From contig OZ244170.1 in assembly GCA_965216565.1 (NCBI GenBank), positions 3,168,001 to 3,232,000 of the forward strand: a DNA stretch of 64,000 nucleotides, in the 5' to 3' direction. Positions 30,601 to 42,600 of this stretch are shown piece after piece. This stretch comes from Bythopirellula sp. (GTDB taxonomy: Bacteria > Planctomycetota > Planctomycetia > Pirellulales > Lacipirellulaceae). How positions within the stretch are numbered: position 1 is the first letter of the stretch; every line of letters begins with the position of its first letter. The notes under the pieces were generated by a model. It did no database searches. It was not told the origin of the DNA and was given only the letters and a program-made list of their open reading frames with translations. Position numbers and translations under genes: made by a program.

Positions 30601-33600
30601 CCCACATCTTAACGGAATTCTTGCCACCCTCTACGCCAAGAGCATCCAATTCAATCACGCCTGGGTACAAGCACACCTCCCCACCGCCGACGGCTCCTGG
30701 CAGTGGCTCGATCTCGATCCTTCTTGGAAGCACCGCGAGCAGCGCACCCCGATCGATATTAGCGCCTTGGACGACGGAGACGGCCTGGGCATCTTCGATG
30801 AGTTTGACTATCTCTCGCTCCCCGCAGGCAACCAGCAACTGCCGCTGGAATTCTTCGAAGATCAGGTAATGCAATACCTGGCAAGCCAGGGCCTGGGCCA
30901 GTCCTTAGCCGACCTCTCCCAAGTCGGACCAATTATCCAGCAGCACTTCGAGACGTTTCCAACTGGGCTTGCCGAAGGCGTGGCAATCGTTGGTGCCATC
31001 ACCGACCTGGGTGACTTCGATAACATTGTTGATACGCAGAGTCTGGCTGATCTCTATACGCATCAAGTGAGGTTGGCTGCACAAAGAATTACCAATTTGC
31101 CAGATTATGAACTGAGTTTGAGCGACTTGGATCCGATCTCCTTACTTTCCTACGCTGGGCTTGATCATGTCGTTGACCCAACCGCGGATTCCTTTTCATT
31201 CAATCCCGACCCAACCAAGTTCATTTCGTATAACCCTGTCCAGGGGGCAGGCACTTTTGACTATGGGCCCCATGAGCCGAGCCCAGATACCTCTTTCGAT
31301 AGTGAATCAGACTTTGGCTTCTACACAGGCTTCGAGAAGAGCACAACGACTATCGAAGAAACGAACGTACCGATAAGCACTTCTGATCAACTAGACTCCT
31401 ACGGAATCGACGGGTCTGTTAGGACTCATATCGACTTTGCCGGGAAGACGTTGTATCCCATCTTGCCGGAACAATATCCTACTTATTCTTCAGTTGACTT
31501 CGGGGTATCCAACTATGCACCCTTGGCACCAGTCAATGATGCCGATCTAAACGACAGTAATGTACAGTCTGCTACGATCGATGGCCTTGGGAATCAGACA
31601 ATCACACTCACCACCTCAGCGGACGACCCTGCTATTGCAAGTGCAGTGGACATCCCAGATTATCAGATTACGGCAGACACCCGACTTAGCTTTGTCTTCG
31701 ATAGAGCGATCCGTGGCTCACTCCATGGAATAGGATGGTCTTCTGTCTCCTCTGGATTCCCAGTTCTGAGCAGCGACCCCCACCAGTTCTTTCGGTTGAC
31801 TGGATTCTACGGCAAACAATCTAGTATCTACGGTCATGCTGATTCTGAATTCACTGTCACTAGTGTTATCGACACAATGAACCCACTGTTCGATGTCACT
31901 TGGCTCGGAGGAACACGATACAAGTATGAAATTGAATTAGGGCATTCTGAATACAACTTTACGGGGACAGAGGAGATTAGTCATCTCGTGTTCTTCACCG
32001 AAGGAGACGCTAGCGTTGGAGGTGATAAGGTAGCCCAATCCAAGTTTAGTGAAATCTCCCTGTACGATGTTCCGACTGGCTACGACGGGACTTTCCAGAT
32101 TCCGACCAATGCTACTGAAATAGTTTTTGATAGTTTTACAACACCCGATGGGATCGACATCAAGTCGCTAGACATTCCCAACTATCAGGTTACAGAAAAT
32201 ACAGTCTTAGAATTTGACTTTCGTGGCTTAGCACCTGGACCGGGTTCTTCGCACTCTATAGGCGTTGGAGCGACTATAGATTCCGAATTTGAGACAATAT
32301 ATACATTAGATCTACCCAGCATTGATGGTAGTTCAAGCCAGACTCAGACAGTCAACCTAGGAACAGAACTCGAAATTCCGAACGGTTCATTCTTAGATAT
32401 CAGCCATCTTGTCTTTACAAACATCGGTAGTACGGGTGACCCTGGACCAGCACAACCCACTACCAGTTACTTCAGTAATATTTCGCTATATGAAGCTCCA
32501 CTCGGCACAGCCACAATCCAATCGAATAATCCACACAACAGGATCAAACTCACAGGGTCAGTATCAAAGTCCCTAGATATCACGGATCACGACATCACTG
32601 AGAGTACTGTCCTGAGATTTGATTTCAAGAGCAACACCGAAGGTGCGCTCCATCTACTAGGTTGGGATACCAACAACACTTTTCAACAAGGATATCCTGA
32701 CGCTGACGTCTTCGCCCTCTACGGCGATGACGTAGTTGGAACGCCTGCATACGATGGGACAGGTTGGGAACCGATAGCGATTCACCTTTACGGGGAGGAC
32801 CCGTCTTCTCTCGGGAAAATCATCTCCCACCTCTTCTTCACTATGGACGGTGGTGCTGCCGGGTTAACAGCCGATAGTTTCTTCAGAAATATTCGCTTTG
32901 AAGAGCTAGAAGAGATTGATTTAGATGGCTCGAAACAGGTAAATCCAAACGGCTCTACTCACGAACTTCAACTGACCGGAACCACCGCAGAAACATTGGT
33001 CGTCCCGGGTGGTTACACGATTACGCCCCATACGGTACTGCAGTTCGAATTCAGCAGCAACAGCCAAGGAGAGATGCATAGGATCGGTTGGGATACAAAC
33101 GGAACTTATTCTGAGGCTACTGATTCGCCCCGCCTCTATCCCGTATTCGGCAACCAAGCTTCAAGTTTGTACCCAGGCCTCAATGGAACCGCCTACAACT
33201 TCTATGACAGTATTGGCACCGATACGATTCAAATTCCAATCGGAAGCATTGTGTTCGATGGTGAGCCTAATCCGGTGGATCAAGTCATTTCTCGACTCAT
33301 ATTTACTGTTGAAGGAAACTCACTAGGGAGCAGTGCTCAGAGCGTCTTCAAGAACGTTAGCTTGACCGAAACTAGTCCCGCTGGTGACTTCTTCGTAGAT
33401 GGTGCGGGTATTCATCTGTTGGGAACTGCTTCAAAATCAGTTGCAGGTACAGGAGTGGGGACTCACACGATTCGAGAAGACTCCTGGCTACTGTTTGATT
33501 TCAGCAGTACCCAACAGGGTGCTTTGCACCAAATCGGCTGGGAATTTGGGGATGCCACGTACGGGCAGAATCCGTCTGATGAGCAACTGTATTCAATCTA

Positions 33601-36600
33601 CGGCACCTCAGCCAATAGTGGCGGGCTCTATAGTCGTTACAATCCTGGTCCTTCCAATCCTGGCGAAGTTCAAACAATCGCCATTCCTATCGGTCGGATC
33701 CTTGTCAACGGCAACGAGTCTCCGGACGGGAAAAAGCTCAATCGCCTTGTTTTTCGCAGCGTTGAGGGCGATGAAGGAATCGCGACTGAGAGTGTCTTTA
33801 ACAATGTAAGACTGTGGCGGCCAAGCAGCAGTGCAACTATTCATGATTACCCTTGGTTCAGCCTTGAGTTAAATGGTAACTCTGCGAAGACAATCCCTAT
33901 CGGTCACTACAATATAAGTGACAATACGCATCTATTCGTTGACCTCAACGGAGATGTTGAGGGGCTCCACCATGCAATAGGAGTTGATACAGACTCCACC
34001 TACGATGGAATTGAGGCACTTTTCCAGTTAAATGGGATTCCAGACGGCCGCTTCATTCAGATCAATCCCTCTGGCTTCTTCCCCTCCGATATACCACTGG
34101 GCAATCTCATCAATGGTCCAAATGCGGTTAACAATATCGTCTTTTTGAACAAGAGTGGTCCCTCGTCAGAAGACGCAAGAAGTGTCTTTAACGAAGTAAA
34201 GCTCTATGAAAAAATCGGCCCCACCGGCGCGCTATGGAGTAAAAGACTCTCGGTACCCGAGCACAGCCTCTCGGACATCAGCTTTCAGATTGATGGTTCA
34301 GGGGACAAACGTACAAGTCGACTCTACATCGACGGGGTGGGACAGTCCGCACCCTCGCAAAGCATTTGGGTCAGTGCAGGAGATAAGGCCTCGATCAAGG
34401 TAACCAACACCGTGCCGACGGCGTTCGGAATTGGCCAGGATTTCACCAAGACCTACACGCAAAACTACGACGAAGTAATCTCGCTAGGTCTTGATGCCAA
34501 TCAGTTCTCTCGCGACGCCCTGGTAGCTAAGCAGGCCGATTTGCTCGCGGCCTTGCAGAATAACACGGACTTGGCTCACTATCTCAATGACATCGACGAG
34601 CTTCTTTCGCACACAGTCGCCAAGTATTGGTCGGATTTTAATCGCGACAATGCGGCGATTAATCAGATCACGAACACCCTGGGCATTCAAACTCGGGTTG
34701 GCTCTGGCATTGCCAAAGCCAAGAAGAATCTTCTCGTAGACGCGCAGACTGGCGACTTCATCATTGAGCATCTGCCCTACCAAATCGCCCCCGAAGGGAT
34801 GGGCGTCGACCTGCCGAATGGTGTGCACTTTAGTTTGAATCGCTCGATTGGCTCCCTCGCCTCCGAAGCTTTCCAGCTTGTGGGATACAACGCTTCAGCA
34901 CTAGAACATAATATCGTGGAGTCGGAGATTAATAGTGCCAGTGTCTCTACCATACAAGGGCTGCGAAATGCGTACCTTCAAGAATTTGGAGTGGACGATC
35001 AACACAACTTGATTACGGATGACTCGATACTCGTCTTTGACCGCTTATCCACAGGTGAAGTCCTCTATCGGGGTGAATGGCACAAGGACAGCAGTTTCCC
35101 TAACCAAAGTGTGACAGTTAGTGATCTGGCAAATCTTGAGAGTTATCTAGTCCACCATCGACCGAAATCTGGTGGCTCCAATGAATTTGCAGGTTCGGTA
35201 TGGGCTAACCTGAACGATACAGAGGTTGACGGTGGGATTCGCATCCTAGTGCCAAAAGGCAAAAGCAAGGTCGACCATTGGGTAGGTAGTGTCTATCTGA
35301 GAGAAACTGCGGAATCTGGAACGTACGCTATCGTGAAAGAAGGGGGCGAGATTGCCAATGGCGGGTTTAGTGGTGATGTTTTTAAGACAGTCAACACCCA
35401 GTTGCCGCCCGTCGACTTCAAGTTCCAAACCTTTGCCGGCGACCCGGTCAATATTGCCAATGGCAGTATGTTTCGCGACGAAGTGGATATCGTCTATCCC
35501 AACCTCGGCGTGCCACTCAACTTCGCACGGCATTATGTCTCCAACTCTACAGACGATATTGGCTTGGGTGTTGGCTGGACGCATTCCTTTGGCGACATGC
35601 TGGTACTCGATCCAGAAGACACTTCAACCGGTGATCTGGTTTGGATCACTCCTTCCGGACAGCGGCACAAATTCGTGCCCAACGGTCCCAACTTTGAAGT
35701 TCCATCTGCCCTACATGGCGAATTCATCGATACCGGCACGCTCTACGTCTACAAAGACAAGAGTGGCATGGAGTATCACTTCGAGCAGAAGTCGATCACC
35801 GAGACAAGCTTAAACTCGTTGCAGGTCGTTGGACGCCTCGTGAAACAGATCGACAACATCGGCAACGGAGTGGAGATCGTCTACGTCAACGACTCAACAC
35901 GTCAGATTGGCAGCGTTCGTGATGTACACAACTTTCTCCGACGTCTCGAGATCGAATATGCCACAGACGACCGAATCAGCGCCGTTCATAAGGTCGACTC
36001 CGGATTGATCGGCACCTGGAATTTCACCTCTGAGGAAATCAACGGCACCCAAGCCTCTTCCGATTTCCGACTGACAAAAGTAGAAGCACCACAAGTGAAC
36101 ACGATCGACTCGCAGGGAGCCTCGATCCTTGCCAGTCCAACAGTTCACTACGACTACTACACAACAGGCCCTAGCGTAGGCCTGATCGAAACCATCACCG
36201 AAGCCGATGGCGAAACACACGATTACGAATACTACCCCAATGGCCGCGTATTCCGCGTGAACGACGCCGACGGGGGTGTCGAAAGTTACACCTACAATTT
36301 GTTTAGAAACGTCACCGAATTCACGAATCCCAATGGCAATACAGAGATCTATATTCACCAGGACAATGGTCTGCTAGAGAAACAGATTCACGAAGACCGT
36401 ACAAGGATGGTGCTTACGTGGGGTGAACAGGGAACTGATGCTGAGTACCTGATGAGCTCCAGCACCGATGAAATCGGAGCTACCGAGACTTTCACTTATT
36501 ACGACTCCGGTGATTTCCGCCGCGAACTTCAGCAGTCGACCTCCAAACATTTTCAAAATGCCGATGGCACACCCGTTGATAGCGATGACGTATTCACAAC

Positions 36601-39600
36601 CGATTTCACCTACGTCCAACCGCTCGACCGCCAACACATGTTCTTATTGGGACAAACGATTATCGATGCTGGCGACGAGAACATCACTACATCCTTCACA
36701 TACGACAATCTAGGTCGACTAGAAACAACGACCGACGCCCTCGGGAACGTCACCCTTCGTGAATACTACGCAGACGACATTAATCCGACCGATGGATTAC
36801 TCAAATCGGAGACAAGCGCCCGCGGAAATGACTCGGCTGATACGAGTGCTGTGAACGCTGAATATGTGCGGTGGCACGAGCTCAGCTCAAGTTATCAAGT
36901 CAACTCCGACACCCTCTCTGTGCGTTTATCAATGACCAATGACCTTGACGACAACGGCAAGGTCGCTATCGCCGATGCTATTCGACTGGAGCGGATAGAC
37001 GGAGACTTCCCCTATAGCCGCGTCATTGATAACGACGACAATGGCTTGGACCTGGATGGATTCAATGTCACCGGTTCCCTTGGTCCCGATTACTTTTACT
37101 CAACTGGCAATACCTTGGCAGGCATTGAAGGGGACGATACAGGGCTCAAGTCACTCGGGACCAAAGCGACGTGGACTTTCACGAATTTGCAGCCTGGACA
37201 CTACCGCGTACTTACCACCTGGGGAGTTGGAGGCAATCGTTGGCATACTGTTCCCTTTGACATCGTCGACGGCAACGACTTCACCGATTCGTCACGACTC
37301 ACCGTAGACGTCGATCAAACGCTGCATCCCGATGATGTCGCACCTCGGTTCATCACCACCTTCAGTTACGATGCCGCAGGTAATCTCACCCAAGCCAGCA
37401 GAGACGGTCAGCCGACGACCGTCAACGAATACCACCACACGGGTGGCATACTACGCACTACGAGTCCCCCGGATGCTGCGGGGCAGATTGTCGTCAGCGA
37501 AAACAGCTACGACACCCTGGGCCGACTGACCGACACTGAGACGTACCCTGCGAACGATCCCGAGGCGGCACTCGTCAGAAGTTTCGAATACGACGCCGTG
37601 GGGCGGGTGCGGTTTTCGACCGACGAACTGGGACGCATCACCACGCTTGCCTATGACGCACGAGGCAACTTGATCGAACAAATTTCCCCAGACGGTACCT
37701 CGATAGCGTTCGAATACGACGCCAACAGCAATCTCGTCCGCCAGATCGATGAACTGGGGCGAGAGACTCGGTCGAAGTTCGACAGTCGCGACCGATTGAT
37801 CAATACGATCTTCGCCGACGGTGCCAGCGAACATATCCGTTACACCGGCACGGGACAAGTGGCCGGCACAACTGATGCGCTGGACAAAGAAACAGTGTTC
37901 CTTTACGACGCGATCGGTCGGCTTCTCACCACCACAAATGCACACAACTACTCTTTCAGCAATGAGTTTGACAAACTCGGTCGGCTAGTTGCTACTACCG
38001 ACTACGAAGGCAACCGCACAGAGTTCAATTACGACTCATTGGGTCGGGTTATTAAATCACGCACACTGCCTGCGAACTCCGCGGAACCACTTCTCGCGCT
38101 GACTACCTTTGACTACGACGCCGAAGGTAATGTTATCCGTCAGGCCAGCTACGATACGGTGAACTTTGGGGTAGCCAATTCTATCGACGACCCGAGATCC
38201 CTGATCACCCCTGCAGCGATCGCTGCCAATTCGATTCAACTGATTGAGACCCAGTACGACGTCTTCAATCGACCCATCGAAGTAATCGCCGCCAGTGGTT
38301 CTATCAACCAAGAAGCGAGTAGCAACGTGTACGATCACACAGGACGTGTGGTCTATTCCTACGATGAATTGGGCCGAGTTAGTGAGTTGCGTTACGACCA
38401 ATATGGCCGCCTGCTAGAAACCGTGGCTCCTGACCCGGACGGAACTGGATCGCAGAGTTCACCGATTACCCGTTTCGAATACGATGCAGTGGGCAATCAA
38501 ACCGCGATCATCGACCCCAACGGCAATCGCACCGTGCTCCAATACGACGTCTTCAATCGCGTTGTCAATACAATCGATGCGTTAGGTGGCAAGACGCAAA
38601 CTCTCTATGATACTGCGGGGCAACTTGTAGCCACGGTCGATGCACTGGGCCGAGCTACTTACTCAGTCTTTGACAAACGAGGGAGACTTACAAAAACTCG
38701 GTCGGCCGATCCGGACGGCACCGGGCCTCTGCTCCCTAGCGAGTCGCAATTCGAATACGACGGCGCCGGCAATCTCCTCCGCCAGATCGACCCGCGCGGT
38801 TATGAGACGCATTACGAGTATGACGATCTCCATCGGCTTATAAAAGAGACACGCTCTTACGAGACGATCGTTGACAGTTCCAATTCAGAACATTTCTCAC
38901 TAATCAGAGACAACGGCAGCGCACCGGTCACGACAGGTTATGGCGGGAATGCCGAACTCGTTCAACACGACGACAACCAGCAGAATGCAAACCTACAAAC
39001 TGCCATCGCCGAGTGGAGATTTGAGACACTGCCTGCTGGCAAATATCGCATTCTAGCCACCTGGCCTTCGAGCCCTGGTGGCACCAATGTGCTGACGGTG
39101 CAAACGAATTTCAATGAAGCAGGGTTTACAGCTATTGCAGGAGAATCGTGGGATCAAAGCTCACCGCCCGACGACGTACAACGCACGCTCGATGGAGTGA
39201 CCACCGACTGGGCGATACTAGCAGAAGACATTGAACTCAGTGCGGCCAACAACACTCTTAGACTTCGCCTCCGCTCACAAGCAGGCGAAGACCTACTTGC
39301 CGATGCTATCCGTGTCGAGCGTATCGATACCCGCGAGTATGCCTATGACGACAACGACAACCTCACATCGGAAACCGATACTCTGGGTCGAATAACTTCC
39401 TACACATACGACGAGCTCGATCGAATCAAGACAGTCACCCTGCCCGATCCAGACGGCCCCGCGGGCCTTAGTTCTCCTCAAACAACTACCAACTACGATG
39501 GCTACGGCAACGTGACTGAGACGGTCGAATTTCGCGGTGGCGACAACCGCAAGACCCAGTGGACCTACGACACCCGGAATCGAGTGCTAAGCGAGACGCT

Positions 39601-42600
39601 CGACGTCGACGGTGACGCGGAAGTCGCCACCGAATTTACCTACGACGCAGCCGGCAACCTCATCGAGCAGATCGAAGCAGTCGGGGAGGTCAACGCCCGC
39701 ACCGAATACTTCTATGACAATCTCAACCGGCTCCAGGAACAAGTACGCTATCGCTCCGCAGGCGATTTCTACGGTGTCACCACCTTCTATAGCTACGATG
39801 CCAATGGCAATCTCACAGAGTCCGAAGACGAGTATTTCGACCAAAACAATCCGCTAAACTACTTTAAACGTAGAGTCAACTTTACCTACGACGCGCTCAA
39901 TCGAGAGACCAGTACAACCAGACATAACTTACTGCAGTCTGTTAGCCAATACGACGCGGTAGGAAATGTGATTTCGAACACAGACGGCCTAAGACGTACG
40001 ACCACTTTCGCGTACGACCACCTCAATCGCCTTGTCTCCGTCGCCGGTCCCGACCCGGACGGCAACCTTGGCTCGCTCGAAGCTTCCGTCACTACCAGCA
40101 CCTACGACCTATCAGGAAACCTCACCAGCCAAACCAACGGTGAGAACGAAACAGATCCCTTCTTCTACGATCGCAATGGCCGTCTGCTCTCGTCCACAGA
40201 TGGCTTGGGGCATACGGCGCACTTCACTTATGACAGTGAAGGCAATCAGATCGCGTACACCGATCCTACTGGCAACGCAACCACCTACGAGTATGACGCG
40301 CTAAATCGACTCACCAGCGAATCAATCACCCTCGACAGTAATCCTGCAAGCCGCGGTTACGCTTATAGCGATGAAGGTAACTTGGACTCAATCATTGACC
40401 GGAATGGACGGACGCGAACGTTCTACTACGACGGCTTGGATCGTCTCACTGGTGAGTTTTGGTACGACCAGCCCGGTGGTTCGTTGGTCCAAGGCCTTTC
40501 CTGGTCCTACGACAGTTTGGGACGTCTTGAGGTCGACCGAGACATCCATTATGCCTCTGGAGCTTCGCAAGTTAACAACTACGAGTACGATGATCTTGGG
40601 CGAGTCACCGAACATCGCAACTACGATACGTTGCTTGGCTTTTCCTCCGATGCCCCGCGGATTGTGCAGCGGTATCAATATGATTTGATTACCAATAACA
40701 CCATCAGTACCGTCCACTCGCAGCATCTACTGGACAGCCAGGATATCGAGCGGCATCGCGGCACAAGCACGGTCACGTTCGATAGGCAAGGTCGTGTTAC
40801 CAAAATCACCGACGATGCCGACACATCTCGTGGCATCGATGCCAAGCTTTTCGACTTCCACAACGACGCCGCCAACCAAATGACTGGCGTCACCCGCACG
40901 GCCGACGGGAATTCGGTCTTCGACACACTCTACGGATACGACAATGCCGGTCGAGCAGTGAACATCGCCCACCAGCAGGCGGTCGGCCCTCAACTCTCGG
41001 CATTCAGTTCGTATCAATACCAGTATGACCGCGCTCATCGAATTACTGACCAATCTAAATCGCTTGATACATCGGTTGCCGCACTCTCGCAGGCCACTGC
41101 CAACAATGCGGAAGCCTTTAATTTTGACCAAGCCGGTCAGCTTACCGCCGACGACGCCGGCAGCTACACCTACGACGACAACGGCAATCGCACCGATAGT
41201 GGGTTCGGCGTCGGCGAGCATAATCGGCTCACCGAGGATGCTGATTTCACCTATCTCTACGACGACGAGGGGAATCTCATCCGCCGAACCGAGAAGGTTG
41301 GCGGGCCACTGGGTGGACAAGTTACTGAGTACAGCTGGGACCACCGCAACCGCCTTGTGCAAGTGGTCCACTACGACGCGGCTGGCAATACGCCAATCTC
41401 TGGCACGATCGACTACCGCTACAATGCCGCCGACCAACTCGTCTGGCGACAGGAGACCACTGGTGGCACGCCCAAGACGGCTAGGCACTATGTCTTCTCC
41501 GGCGACCATCGAGTGCTGGACATTGCCGACACCGGAGTCGTACGGCACCGTTTTCTCTGGGGACCTGGGGGCGATCAGCTCTTGCTTGACGAAGTCTACG
41601 GAGGTAGTGGCATTCAAGTTACCGAGGCGCTTTGGGCGGCCACCGACCACCTGGGTAGTGTTGGCCAACTCGTTGAGCCTGATGGCACTATCTACGAGCA
41701 TCGCGAGTACGACTCCTTCGGCGACATCGAACAGGCGTTCGACGAACTAGGCAATGCCAAAGCCACCGGCAGCCTTCGCAGTCACGTTGCGCACGCTGGT
41801 AGTCTCTGGGATGACGACGCCGGTCTCTACAACAAGCGTGCCCGCTGGTACGACCCCAACACGGGCCGCTTTGTCGGCGAAGACCCCGCCGAAGACGGTA
41901 GCAACTGGTACCAATACGCCGGAGGCGACCCCATCAACTTCCGCGACCCCACCGGCCTAACCCCGGCGGGCAACCCGCTCAATGGTGTCAATGGCGGCTT
42001 TAGCGGTAACGTGCTCCGTGAGGAGAATACACTACTTCGCAATGTTGCAAGTCGTCCCGTTACTGCAGGATTAAGCTTCTCACAAATAGCAAGTTCAGGC
42101 CCCGTTAACAATTCTTTCCGAAATATCCAAGACGCTTTCTTCCAGCATGAATTCTCTACCTTAGCAACAAGCAAACTTAGCTCAGTCGGAATTGACTCAA
42201 CTTCCCAATTCACCGTCAATGCCTCCTTAGACCGCATTGTAGCAGCTCAGAGACCTTTCATTGCCGTAGGTCCGGCCAGGGAACAGTTTGATGACCCGAT
42301 TCTCCGGGGACTAGCAAACCCGCGGGTTCAGGGGGGGCTACAAGTTGTACAAGGAGTTAGTGAGGGATTGATAGCCGGTGGATTAGCACTCGCACCCGAG
42401 CCCACTCTAACGACAAAAGTAGCTGCAGGGGTACTGGGAGCTAAATCCTTTGACAGTATCCAGGCTGGTTTCAGGCAATTGATTTTAGGCGAGCAAGTCG
42501 ACAGCTTCACGCGCACTGCGACCACTAACGTGACCACCGGCTTGGGTGCACCAGATGATCTAGTATCTTTTTCAAACTTTCTAGTTGATGCTGGTCCCAG

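Noticed and set aside
40727..41750. Long alternative ORFs (324 aa minus, 241 aa plus) inside the RHS gene, and similar shadow ORFs elsewhere
   Set aside because: They are explained by codon bias of the real gene, are low-complexity and contain no recognisable motifs.
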